This document shows, in pieces, positions 48,823-58,057 of a DNA stretch of 64,000 bases (positions are counted from its first letter, which is position 1; each line of letters begins with the position of its first letter). This DNA comes from an uncultured Gammaproteobacteria bacterium (GTDB lineage: Bacteria; Patescibacteriota; Patescibacteriia; UBA9934; GWF2-40-263): positions 9,033 through 73,032 of the forward strand of contig CAYNRK010000003.1 of NCBI GenBank assembly GCA_964399675.1, written 5' to 3'. The notes beneath the pieces were generated by a model. That model had not been told where the DNA came from, did no database searches, and saw only the letters and a list, made by a program, of their open reading frames with translations. A program made the translations under genes and the position numbers.

Positions 48823-51321
48823 CTATTTAGTTCGGGTTTGTGGTTTTGTGACCACTACTTTACCCCCTTTAAGAGTTACAGAAAGTTTATCAGGATTATC
48901 TTTTTTAGTTAGACGTTCAGCAATTTTTGTTTCAACATGCGACTGGATGTGTTGGCGAATGTTGCGCGCTCCATAACGAGTGTCAGCAAGCTTTGCAATA
49001 AACGGCATAATCTGTTTTTGTACGGCCAGGTTTATGCCTTTGAATTGCATTCGATTGACAAGTTCTTTCATTTGCTTGTTACAGATTTGTTCAAGAGTTT
49101 TTTGAGAAAGTGGTTGAAACACGCAAACGTGATCAATTCGATTGAGCATTTCAGGACGGAAGCGTTCCTCCAGTTCTTTGCGCAAATCTTGATTCAACTC
49201 AATTGTTTTAGCACTTTCACCTTCAATAAATCCCATTGACCCTCGTTCAAATCGTTCAAGCCCAACATTAGATGTCATTACAATAATTGTGTTTTTAAAA
49301 TTAACTTTGCGTCCGGTTGCGTCTGTTAAATCTCCTTCTTCTAAAATTTGTAAAAGTAAATTTTGAACGTCTGTATGTGCTTTTTCAATCTCATCAAACA
49401 AAATTACAGAATATGGACGCTGTTTAATCCTGTCAGTTAAATTCGCTTGTTCTTTATAACCAACATATCCGGCTGGAGCACCAATGAGTTTTGACATTGT
49501 AAAACCTTCGGAGTATTCAGACATGTCAAGACGAATCAAATTCTTTTTTCCGTGAAAAATAGTTTCAGCAACAGCTTTTGCAAGTTCGGTTTTTCCAACA
49601 CCAGAAGGCCCCAAAAACATAAATGAAGCAAGAGGCCTGGCTTGATGTGCAATGCCTGTTTTGGCTCGACGTAAAGCACCGCCAACATCACCCAACACTT
49701 CATCTTGTCCAATAACATGTTGTCTTAGTTGATTTTCAATACCTCTTAAACGCTCTTTGTCTTCTTCTAAAATATCAGTCAGTGGAATGCCTGTTGCTTT
49801 TGAAATCACTTCTGAAATTTCTTTTCCAGTGATTTTTGGTACAGGCAAATTTGAATCAAGCCGATTAATAAGCAATGATGCTGACATTTCTTCTTCCTCT
49901 TCTTTTAATTTGATTGCATCTAAAAATCGTTCTTCAACAACAGCTTGTCGTTTTGTGTCTCGTACGTTTTCAAGTTTGTTTTCAAGCAATTTTCGTTTTT
50001 CAATAGGTCCTGGTTCTGCTGCGTGAACTCGTGTTGCTGCAGAGGCTTCGTCTAAAAGATCAATTGCTTTGTCTGGCAAATGTTTGTCTTGGATATATCT
50101 AACTGAAAGTTTTACAGCTTGATCAATGGCATGAGGGGTGATGTGAACGCCGTGGAATTTTTCATAATACGGAGCAATGCCTTGAAGAATTTCAATGGTT
50201 TTTTCTTCTGAAGGTTCTTCAACATGCACAGACTGAAATCGGCGTTCAAGCGCACTGTCTGATTCAATGTGTTTTTTATATTCAGCAGTTGTGGTCGCTC
50301 CAATACATCGAATGTCTCCGCGAGACAAAGCTGGTTTAAGCATGTTTGCTGCATCCATTGAACCAGACGCAGCACCAGCTCCAACAATTGTGTGAAGTTC
50401 ATCTATGAAAAGGAGGATGTCTGGATTTGCAGTCACCTCATCTATTATTTGACGCAAGCGCCCTTCAAACTCACCTCGATACATTGTGCCGGCAATTACA
50501 AGCGCCATGTCAATGGCAAATATACGTTTGTTTTGAAGAGCTGGTGGAATTTGACCATGTAAGATTTTTTTTGCAAGACCTTCTACAATAGCTGTTTTTC
50601 CAACCCCTGGCTCACCGAGCAAAAGGGGATTGTTTTTTGTTCGACGGCACAGAACCTGCATAAGCCGTTCGATTTCCAACTCTCGTCCAATAACTGGGTC
50701 AATTTTTTTCTGGATTTCTTTTGAGGTAAGTTCTCTGCCAAAAAATTCAAGAGCCGCCACTTTATTTTCCGGACCTTCATTGGCAACGGTTGCTGCTTGT
50801 TCTTTTGGTTGATTTAGCAGACTACTTTCCTGGTTTATATTGCTTGCAAGATCTGGAAATTTAGAAGTACTTTTTAAAACAATTGATAATTGTTGGCGAA
50901 TTTCTTTTTGATCAACATTGCGCTTGTTAAGAAAGGTTTCAATAATTGGATTTTTAATTTGTACAATACCGGAGAGCAAGTGCTCGGTTCCAACATATTT
51001 GTGTCCATAAATATTGGCACTCAGTACGGCCTTTTCAACAATACGTTTTGCATCATCTGACAAATGAAGCGTGAGATTGTCAGAGACATTAACTCCCGGA
51101 GTTACGGTTTGAACCGCTCCAATAAGTTTGCGCAAATCAACTGATTTGAGTCCAACTTTTTTAAGAATTTCTGCACCAATGCAACCGCGCTGTGTTCCAA
51201 GAGCCCACAAAAGATGCTCGGGTTGAATGGTTTGTTGGTTTGTTTCAACAACAAAACACAGTGCTCTGGTAAGAACGTTTTTAAGGTGGGAGCTGAATTT
51301 TTCAACAATGTCTTGAGGCAT
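48823..51321 (-). CDS. clpC: Clp/Hsp100 AAA+ chaperone, ClpC-like (two AAA modules, Clp_N repeats, short UVR-like middle domain)
   Basis: Clp_N repeats (..EHLLWALG..); Walker [19 protein letters not shown] and [18 protein letters not shown]; [11 protein letters not shown] sensor motif. Short linker rather than a long ClpB M-domain. Confidence 0.85.
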   Translation of the reverse strand: MPQDIVEKFSSHLKNVLTRALCFVVETNQQTIQPEHLLWALGTQRGCIGAEILKKVGLKSVDLRKLIGAVQTVTPGVNVSDNLTLHLSDDAKRIVEKAVLSANIYGHKYVGTEHLLSGIVQIKNPIIETFLNKRNVDQKEIRQQLSIVLKSTSKFPDLASNINQESSLLNQPKEQAATVANEGPENKVAALEFFGRELTSKEIQKKIDPVIGRELEIERLMQVLCRRTKNNPLLLGEPGVGKTAIVEGLAKKILHGQIPPALQNKRIFAIDMALVIAGTMYRGEFEGRLRQIIDEVTANPDILLFIDELHTIVGAGAASGSMDAANMLKPALSRGDIRCIGATTTAEYKKHIESDSALERRFQSVHVEEPSEEKTIEILQGIAPYYEKFHGVHITPHAIDQAVKLSVRYIQDKHLPDKAIDLLDEASAATRVHAAEPGPIEKRKLLENKLENVRDTKRQAVVEERFLDAIKLKEEEEEMSASLLINRLDSNLPVPKITGKEISEVISKATGIPLTDILEEDKERLRGIENQLRQHVIGQDEVLGDVGGALRRAKTGIAHQARPLASFMFLGPSGVGKTELAKAVAETIFHGKKNLIRLDMSEYSEGFTMSKLIGAPAGYVGYKEQANLTDRIKQRPYSVILFDEIEKAHTDVQNLLLQILEEGDLTDATGRKVNFKNTIIVMTSNVGLERFERGSMGFIEGESAKTIELNQDLRKELEERFRPEMLNRIDHVCVFQPLSQKTLEQICNKQMKELVNRMQFKGINLAVQKQIMPFIAKLADTRYGARNIRQHIQSHVETKIAERLTKKDNPDKLSVTLKGGKVVVTKPQTRTK

Positions 51322-51340
51322 ACGTCATTGCTCTTCCTTT

Positions 51341-51519
51341 GTGTCTCGCACACTGCGTCGTTGCGAGCCCCCTTTCGTGAAAAGGGGCGAAGCAATCTCC
51401 GTATAGAATTATGGGGGACAGTCACGTTGTATATAATTTCGGCAGTACTCACTTTGTTCCGTGCTGGCGAAATTATATACAACGTACCTGTTGTGGAGAT
51501 CCTGATGGTTCGTCGGAGG
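51341..51519. repeat. composite palindromic repeat cluster in the clpC upstream/5' leader region (modules A-H-G-B-M3)
   Basis: gtgtctcgcacactgcgtcgttgcgagc + cccctttcgtgaaaagggg + cgaagcaatctccgtatagaatt + 22-bp inverted repeat acgttgtatataatttcggcag...ctggcgaaattatatacaacgt + gttgtggagatcctg + ggttcgtcggagg. Confidence 0.85.
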
Positions 51520-51529
51520 ATTAATGGTG

Positions 51530-52414
51530 TTAGATCATTTGTTTTAGCTTTGAAATTCTATCTGTAATCGGCGGATGTGTACTAAAGATTCGTTCGAATT
51601 TTTTCTTGGTTACATGTGGATCAAACGGATTGGCAAGAAACATGTGTGCTGTTGCATGGTTTGCTTTTCGAAGCGGTCGGTCGTGTTTTGCGATTTTTTC
51701 AAGAGCTGAGGCAAGGCCTTCCGGATAGCGAGTTAGAAGTGCAGCGGATGCGTCTGCCAAGTATTCGCGTGAACGTGAGACAGCGAGTTTAATAAGTTCA
51801 GCAAACAAAGGGGATAAGACGGCAAGTACCAGACCTATTAACACGAGGACTCCAGCGGATTTTGAATCACTGTCTCGTCTTCCAAAAAGCATTGATCGCA
51901 TCATCCAATCTGAGAGAAGAAGAATCACTCCAACCAGTACAACCACAATGGTCATTACGCGAATATCATAGTTTTTAATATGCGAGAGTTCATGGGCAAG
52001 TACGCCCTCAAGTTCCTGTTTGCTCATTATTTTGGCAAGTCCTGTTGTTACAGCAATAGAAGCGTGTTCAGGATCACGACCTGTTGCAAATGCATTTGGA
52101 GATGGGTCGTTTATTACATACACTTTTGGCATTGCAAGCCCGGCTGTAATAGACAGATTTTCAACAAGCCGATAAAGCTCTGGTGCGTCTTTTTTTTGAA
52201 TTTGTTTTGCCCCAGCGCTTATGAGCGCAACCTTGTCACCTTTGAAGTATCCGGTAAGTGTCATAATGACTGAGATGATCACTGCAAGTATGATTCCAAT
52301 ACTTGGATCGCCCATGTATTCACCAAATGCCCAGCCAAGCAGTACGATAACCACAGTGAAGAGAAACATCAGAATCCACGTCTTTCGTTTGTTTGCCTCA
52401 ATCTGTTCGTACAT
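51530..52414 (-). CDS. htpX: zinc metalloprotease HtpX (M48)
   Basis: HExxH (AHELSHIKNYD), four TM segments, conserved C-terminal glutamate region; 294 aa. Confidence 0.88.
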   Translation of the reverse strand: MYEQIEANKRKTWILMFLFTVVIVLLGWAFGEYMGDPSIGIILAVIISVIMTLTGYFKGDKVALISAGAKQIQKKDAPELYRLVENLSITAGLAMPKVYVINDPSPNAFATGRDPEHASIAVTTGLAKIMSKQELEGVLAHELSHIKNYDIRVMTIVVVLVGVILLLSDWMMRSMLFGRRDSDSKSAGVLVLIGLVLAVLSPLFAELIKLAVSRSREYLADASAALLTRYPEGLASALEKIAKHDRPLRKANHATAHMFLANPFDPHVTKKKFERIFSTHPPITDRISKLKQMI

Positions 52415-52418
52415 GCAA

Positions 52419-52970
52419 TTAGAACTTCACTTCAGGTTTTTCTAACTCAACATCAGGTGCATCAAAGAAATCTTTTTTCTTAAAACCAAACAGTCCAGCA
52501 ATTGTGTTAGCTGGAAAGACCTGAATCTTTGTAATGAATGTCTGAACGTTTGAGTTGTAAAAACGTCTGGACGCTTGGATTTTATCTTCCGCATCTGTGA
52601 GTTCATGTTGTAGGTGGAGAAAATTTTCCGAAGCTTGTAGTTGCGGGTAATTTTCAGAAACAGCAAAAAGTGATTTTAAAGTTTCAGAAAGCATGTTTTC
52701 TTTTTCAGCATGGTCTTTCATTGATTTGGCTTGCATTGCTTCTGTACGAGCTTGTGTTACTTTTGTAAAAACAGAATCTTCATGCTTTGCATAGCCTTTA
52801 ACAGTACTGACAATATTTGGAATCAAGTCATAACGACGTTTGAGCTGAACTTCAATATCTGACCAAGCTTCATCCACACGATTACGCGCACGAATGAGCG
52901 AGTTGTATGTTAGAATGATCCAAAACGCAACCAGGATCAGAATTATCACGATAACCCAAATAAATTCCAT
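52419..52970 (-). CDS. lemA: LemA family protein
   Basis: N-terminal TM plus ..LTYNSLIRARNRVDEAWSDIEVQLKRRYDLIPN.. (LemA signature). Confidence 0.8.
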   Translation of the reverse strand: MEFIWVIVIILILVAFWIILTYNSLIRARNRVDEAWSDIEVQLKRRYDLIPNIVSTVKGYAKHEDSVFTKVTQARTEAMQAKSMKDHAEKENMLSETLKSLFAVSENYPQLQASENFLHLQHELTDAEDKIQASRRFYNSNVQTFITKIQVFPANTIAGLFGFKKKDFFDAPDVELEKPEVKF

Positions 52971-53043
52971 AATTTTAATTCAAAAAATTAAGGTTTCTTA
53001 ATCAAATAATACGAGGTTTTTATCCTAAAGTCAAAGAAAAATT

Positions 53044-54414
53044 ATGAATGTTCCAAAGCATATTTTCAAGAAATACGATATTCGCGGGCTTATTGATGAA
53101 GAGGTTACTCCAGAGCTTGCTGAATCAATAGGAAAGGCGTTTGGAACTTTTTTAAAAAATGAAAATCAAGGCAAAACACTGACAGTTGCTGTTGGCAGAG
53201 ATATGCGCGACAGCTCACCTGGTTTTCAAGATAATGTAATGACAGGGTTAACTTCTGTTGGCGTAAATATTAAAGACGTCGGACTTGTTTCAACCCCGGC
53301 TTTTTATTTTTCTATCGGGCATCTTGGGGTTGATGGGGGAATGATGGTTTCAGCTTCTCATAATCCGGCAAAGTATAATGGTTTTAAACTTGCGCGCGAG
53401 AAAGCTGTTCCTGTAAGTGGTGATACAGGTATTTTAGACATAAGGGATTTAGTAATTGAAAACACATTTGAAAATGCAAAAGTGTCGGGCCAAATAGAAG
53501 TTGTTAATGGAATGCCTGAGCTTGCTACAAAAGCTGAGTTTGAACATGCCGGCTCGCCAACTATTTCAGGTTTAAAAATTGTTGCTGATACAGCAAACGG
53601 AATGGGTGCTCAGTATTTAGATGAACTTTTCAAACTTATCGATTGTAAAGTTACTAAAATGTATTGGAGTTTTGACGGTTCGTTTCCAAACCATGAGGCT
53701 GATCCGTTTAAGCCAGAGAATACTGAAGCAATCAGGGCAAAGGTTAAAGAGCTTGGAGCCGATGTTGGGATAACAACCGACGGCGATGGTGACAGGTTGT
53801 TTTTTATTGATAACACCGGAGAGGTTGTTGACCCAGCGATTCTGCGCGGTCTTCTTTCGCAGATTGTTCTTCGTTCAAATCCGGGAGCAACGATTTGTTA
53901 TGATATCCGTCCTGGAAAAATAACAAAGGACATGATTGAAGAGTCAGGAGGCAAACCTTCGATTACAAGGGTTGGGCATTCTCTTATTAAAGAACAGATG
54001 ATGAAAGAAGGCGCTGTGTTTGGCGGCGAATCTTCCGGTCACTTCTTTTATAAGTTTAATACAGGTGTTTATGAGGGGCCTGTGACTGTTGTGGCTCAGC
54101 TGTTAAACGAGATGATTCAGCAGAAAAAAACACTATCAGAAATTGTAAAGCCACTGAATCGATATTTTCATTCAGGTGAAATTAATTTTATTGTGGATGA
54201 TAAGGATGCTACGATTGCAAAAATTAAAGCAGTTTTTTCTGATGGAGAACTCAGCGAACTGGACGGAATTTCAATTGCTTATGACGATTTTTGGCTTAAT
54301 GTTCGTCCTTCTAATACAGAGCCAAAATTACGAATGAATCTTGAGGCTGTTGATGAGAAGACAATGCAAGAGCGTCGCGATCAGATTATTGAATTGATTC
54401 AAGGAAACAAGTAA
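53044..54414 (+). CDS. alpha-D-phosphohexomutase (phosphomannomutase/phosphoglucomutase family)
   Basis: Active-site MMVSASHNPAKYNGFKL; metal-binding TDGDGDR; 456 aa. Confidence 0.85.
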   Translation: MNVPKHIFKKYDIRGLIDEEVTPELAESIGKAFGTFLKNENQGKTLTVAVGRDMRDSSPGFQDNVMTGLTSVGVNIKDVGLVSTPAFYFSIGHLGVDGGMMVSASHNPAKYNGFKLAREKAVPVSGDTGILDIRDLVIENTFENAKVSGQIEVVNGMPELATKAEFEHAGSPTISGLKIVADTANGMGAQYLDELFKLIDCKVTKMYWSFDGSFPNHEADPFKPENTEAIRAKVKELGADVGITTDGDGDRLFFIDNTGEVVDPAILRGLLSQIVLRSNPGATICYDIRPGKITKDMIEESGGKPSITRVGHSLIKEQMMKEGAVFGGESSGHFFYKFNTGVYEGPVTVVAQLLNEMIQQKKTLSEIVKPLNRYFHSGEINFIVDDKDATIAKIKAVFSDGELSELDGISIAYDDFWLNVRPSNTEPKLRMNLEAVDEKTMQERRDQIIELIQGNK

Positions 54415-54418
54415 GCTG

Positions 54419-55621
54419 GTGTATATGTCTATTGATACTGACCCAAAGAAAATTGAAGAATTATTAACGCGGGGGGTGGAGAATGTTTACCCGTCGAGGA
54501 AGTTTTTGGAAGATGCGTTAAAGAGTGGCAAACAGCTATCACTTTATGTTGGCATTGATCCAACCGGAGCTGATCTTCACATTGGTCACAGTATTTTTCT
54601 TAAAAAGATGAAACAGTTTCAAGATTTGGGTCACAAGATTATTATGTTGATTGGAGACTTTACTGGAATGATTGGGGATCCAACGGATAAGTCGGCGACC
54701 CGTGTGCGATTGACTCGCGAGCAGGTTCTTGAGAATTCAAAGACTTACAAAAAACAAGCAAGTAAAATTATTGATTTTAAGGGAAAAAATGCAGCGGAGA
54801 TTAAACATAACAGTGAGTGGTTATCGAAGTTGACATTGGCAGAGCTTATTGATATTGGGTCGCATTTTACGATTCAACAGATGCTTGCCCGCGACATGTT
54901 CCGTCGAAGACTCAAAGAAGATAAGGAAATAGGATGGCATGAATTCGTCTATCCAATCATGCAAGGTTACGATTGCGTTGCAATGGATGTTGATGGCGAG
55001 CTTGGTGGGAATGATCAGATGTTTAACATGCTTGCCGGTCGGACGCTTATGAAAGCAATTAAGAATAAGGAAAAGTTTGTGCTCACAACAAAGTTGCTTA
55101 TTGATCCAACTGGAAAGAAAATGGGTAAGTCAGAAGGGAACATGATTCGGTTGAATGATTCAGCTGACGAGATGTTTGGAAAAGTAATGAGCTGGCCGGA
55201 TGAGTTGATTCTTAGTGGGTTTGAACTTGTAACAGATGTTGCAATGGATGAAATTAAATCAATTGAAAAAGAAATGAAAAAAGGTGCGAACCCGCGGGAC
55301 ATAAAGGCACGACTTGCCAGGGAAGTGGTTACGGGATTTTATAATGAAAAAGATGCGCAAGCAGCTTCTGATCGGTTTGATCAACAATTTAAAGAAGGAG
55401 ATAAGCCAGAGGAGATTCCAGAATTCAAAATTAAAAAAGACATGACAATTATTGATGTACTTGTGGGGTCAGGGCTTGCCAAATCAAAGTCAGAAGCAAG
55501 AAGACTTATTGATGGAAAAGGAGTGAAAGTAGACGATAAGGTTGTTGAAGATTATGAACACAAAGTTGATTCAAATCAGGTTGTTCAAAAAGGAAAGAGG
55601 CATTTTATTAAATTGATTTAA
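54419..55621 (+). CDS. tyrS: tyrosyl-tRNA synthetase (with C-terminal S4 domain)
   Basis: HIGH motif (DLHIGHSIF), KMSKS (KMGKSEGN); 400 aa. The ATG at 54425 is the likely start (ORF track begins at the GTG at 54419). Confidence 0.92.
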   Translation: MYMSIDTDPKKIEELLTRGVENVYPSRKFLEDALKSGKQLSLYVGIDPTGADLHIGHSIFLKKMKQFQDLGHKIIMLIGDFTGMIGDPTDKSATRVRLTREQVLENSKTYKKQASKIIDFKGKNAAEIKHNSEWLSKLTLAELIDIGSHFTIQQMLARDMFRRRLKEDKEIGWHEFVYPIMQGYDCVAMDVDGELGGNDQMFNMLAGRTLMKAIKNKEKFVLTTKLLIDPTGKKMGKSEGNMIRLNDSADEMFGKVMSWPDELILSGFELVTDVAMDEIKSIEKEMKKGANPRDIKARLAREVVTGFYNEKDAQAASDRFDQQFKEGDKPEEIPEFKIKKDMTIIDVLVGSGLAKSKSEARRLIDGKGVKVDDKVVEDYEHKVDSNQVVQKGKRHFIKLI

Positions 55622-55623
55622 TA

Positions 55624-55687
55624 CTAACAATTCGCCACTAAGTGGCGAATTGTTAGTGGAAAACGCGTCACAGAGCGCGTTTTTTTG
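55624..55687 (+). terminator. tandem rho-independent terminators after tyrS
   Basis: ctaacaattcgccact-aagt-ggcgaattgttag, then aacgcg-tcacagag-cgcgtTTTTTTG. Confidence 0.7.
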
Positions 55688-55734
55688 TTTATCAAAATTG
55701 GTACAAAAACAAATTCAATCTGTGTGAATGAGGG

Positions 55735-55763
55735 TTGACAAAATCGTTGTTTTGTGGTAGTAT
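55735..55763 (+). promoter_or_regulatory. strong sigma70-like promoter TTGACA-17nt-TAGTAT driving the candidate sRNA
   Basis: ttgacaaaatcgttgttttgtggtagtat, read directly. Confidence 0.6.
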
Positions 55764-55769
55764 TTCACC

Positions 55770-56003
55770 GTTGGCTTCGGCTGACCCTTGTTGTTGGATG
55801 GCCCCAGGTTTACCCAAAACCTGGCGCATTGCGGGCAACCGTGATCCACAACTTGGTTTTTCCTATACTACCTACTTGTCCGTGCAACTTCCTGGCTCCT
55901 TGCCGCAAGCGTTCCGTGCTCTACCCACGAGCCGCAACGCAACTAAAAAGCGGCCCTACTACTCCCCCATTGACTAGTAAAGTTGATGGGGGCACTTTTT
56001 TTA
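55770..56003 (+). ncRNA. candidate structured small RNA (~230 nt) bounded by promoter and terminator; identity unknown
   Basis: GC-enriched (~50%) relative to the surroundings. Internal hairpins (ccaggttt-accc-aaacctgg etc.). Ends with cccccattgac-tagtaa-agttgatggggg + TTTTTTT. No convincing ORF; the ORF-track 55754..56323 reading frame is low complexity. Confidence 0.45.
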
Positions 56004-56020
56004 AATTTCTAGAACTAAAC

Positions 56021-57604
56021 TTAACTAAACAACCAGTTTTCATCATGCAATCCAACTGCTTTGAACTGGTCAGTCATTTTTTTCTTGTCATCATCACCCT
56101 GCATGAAATCCAAATAGCATTCCTTAAACGCTCTTTGCATCACTGTCTTTGGATCAGATTGGGCTGTTGTTTGTTTCTTGGTTTTTGCATTTCTAAGTCG
56201 CTTTGCATCAAGGAAATCCATAAGAGCCAACAAGTTGTCTCTTGTAAACACATAAGGTTCTGGCCTTCCTTTTCCAATGGTTTTGTCGTGAGCCATTTTT
56301 TCTATTTGTGCATGGAATTTTGAAAGGGCAATAATCATTTCTTTAAATCTTGGAATGCGTTTAAGAAGTTTATATGTTGGGTCTGCATCATCTCCTTGAT
56401 ATTCTTGTCCGTCAATATTAACTTTTGGTTGAGTTCCAAAAGCAGCAAAGTTCATCATTGCCTCATAACTTTTTTCATCCGGTCTTTCCACAAAAAGATA
56501 ACCAGTCCAACGGCGTTTTTCAGCAGGAGTAAGAGGTTCGCGGCCAGCATATGATGATGGGTTTGATGCTCCAAAGACGCGGAAATCTGGATGCATTTCA
56601 TGATCAGCCCCTTCACCAACAGACTCTCCTTTATTTTCTGAAAGAACAAGCCATGGTTTTCGTTCAAGCGCAGAGTTCATTCGCTCACGAACAGAAGCTT
56701 CACTAAGCATGAGCTCGTCACAAAGAAGCCATGCACCTGTTTTCATTGCTCTTGGTAACATCCCATCTTGCCATCGCCACTCAGGAACCTGGATTCCTTC
56801 TTCTGAAGCAACCATTTGGGATTCTGTAAGAGACAGTTCACGTTGTTCACCTGCTGCAGTATTAATAATAGCTTGTGATTTTGCTGACAAGTTTTCAACG
56901 TGCATTAAAAGTTTTTCAAATTCTAATTGAACTTGCCCATCGTTTGGTACAAATTTTCCAATAAGCTCGGATGTATCTGTTTGTCCTGAAAAATTTAAGC
57001 GCAATAGTTCATGATTTGTGATTGCTGCTAAATATTCAATTGGGCTTGTTTTTGCAACTCCGGTTTCTCCTTCCAACAACAGAGGCTTTTTCAGATCAAC
57101 AGCTGTTGCGATTTTGTGAAGAGTTTTCAGTGTGTGTTCGTCCAAAGTAAAGTGTTCAAACTTTTTCATTGATGGAACCATTGGTCCGCCATCTGGGTTG
57201 TATGGAATTTCAGTGTCAAGAACATAAACAACACCTTCGGCTTTATTAATTTCAATTGGAAGTGGAGTTTCTCGTTTTTTTTCAACTGCCATTGGAACAC
57301 CTTCTTCTTTTAGTGGTTTGACAAATAATTTTCCTTTGCGTTCACCCGGTTTGGTATCAATGGTTACTTGTACATCATAAGGAACACCAGGGGTTGGTTC
57401 AAAATTATAATCTGGATCTGGGAGTAAAATTTTGTGCTCAGGAGTACCTGAAACAAAAAATTCAGTAGTTGCTTTTCCTCTGCGTCTTGACCTTCTTTCC
57501 CTACTTTCAAAAACAACACCTGTAAGCACATTTCCAACAGTTGCTTCTCTGCGTTCTGTGGATCCTGTGCCAGGCTCTCGGTCTGGTCTTTCTGGGTCAA
57601 CCAT
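56021..57604 (-). CDS. MoxR/AAA_5-family AAA+ ATPase with ~170-aa N-terminal extension
   Basis: Walker A LLLEGETGVAKTS; Walker B LLCDELMLSEA (DE-I/L-N-x-A type); 527 aa. Last gene of a three-gene minus-strand operon. Confidence 0.7.
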   Translation of the reverse strand: MVDPERPDREPGTGSTERREATVGNVLTGVVFESRERRSRRRGKATTEFFVSGTPEHKILLPDPDYNFEPTPGVPYDVQVTIDTKPGERKGKLFVKPLKEEGVPMAVEKKRETPLPIEINKAEGVVYVLDTEIPYNPDGGPMVPSMKKFEHFTLDEHTLKTLHKIATAVDLKKPLLLEGETGVAKTSPIEYLAAITNHELLRLNFSGQTDTSELIGKFVPNDGQVQLEFEKLLMHVENLSAKSQAIINTAAGEQRELSLTESQMVASEEGIQVPEWRWQDGMLPRAMKTGAWLLCDELMLSEASVRERMNSALERKPWLVLSENKGESVGEGADHEMHPDFRVFGASNPSSYAGREPLTPAEKRRWTGYLFVERPDEKSYEAMMNFAAFGTQPKVNIDGQEYQGDDADPTYKLLKRIPRFKEMIIALSKFHAQIEKMAHDKTIGKGRPEPYVFTRDNLLALMDFLDAKRLRNAKTKKQTTAQSDPKTVMQRAFKECYLDFMQGDDDKKKMTDQFKAVGLHDENWLFS

Positions 57605-57607
57605 ATA

Positions 57608-58051
57608 TTATTCAAGTCTTAAAATTGATGAAATAAGGGGTTGTAGCTGAATATCAGTTGGTTCAACATTAACAAGTAAAATAAGAAGCAGCGCTCCTTT
57701 TGGAAGAGGGTTTATTATAGTTGGCTCTTCATGTCCTGCAAGATGTACGTTCAAATGTCCTTCTTTAATGTTATGTAATTGACTGAGAATTTTTCCAGGC
57801 AATTGGCTTGTGATTACAAGTGCAGTAGCTTGGGCTTTCTCAAGCCTGCGAGCAAGAACTTCAAGCAGTTCATCAGGATGTTGGTCATCTTTGATTTCAA
57901 GCAAACTTGCACCAGTAGTAATTAGCAAGGCTTTTACAGCTTCTTTGTGTTCGTTTGGTGTGATAATTGTTCCAAACGCAAATCCTTCACCACGTTTCAT
58001 GGTAAGGCCATCTAAATAGTCTTTTAGATATTCTTTTTGTTCTTCATTCAT
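57608..58051 (-). CDS. hypothetical 147-aa protein between the VWA and AAA+ genes
   Basis: ORF tightly spaced: 6 nt to the upstream gene, 3 nt to the downstream gene. Confidence 0.45.
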   Translation of the reverse strand: MNEEQKEYLKDYLDGLTMKRGEGFAFGTIITPNEHKEAVKALLITTGASLLEIKDDQHPDELLEVLARRLEKAQATALVITSQLPGKILSQLHNIKEGHLNVHLAGHEEPTIINPLPKGALLLILLVNVEPTDIQLQPLISSILRLE

Positions 58052-58057
58052 AGTTTT

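Noticed and set aside
55754-56323. 189-aa plus-strand ORF spanning the candidate sRNA and running into the convergent AAA+ gene
   Set aside because: Pro/Leu/Cys-rich low-complexity translation with no RBS. It crosses an intrinsic terminator and overlaps a well-supported minus-strand gene. It is better explained as non-coding RNA plus antisense.
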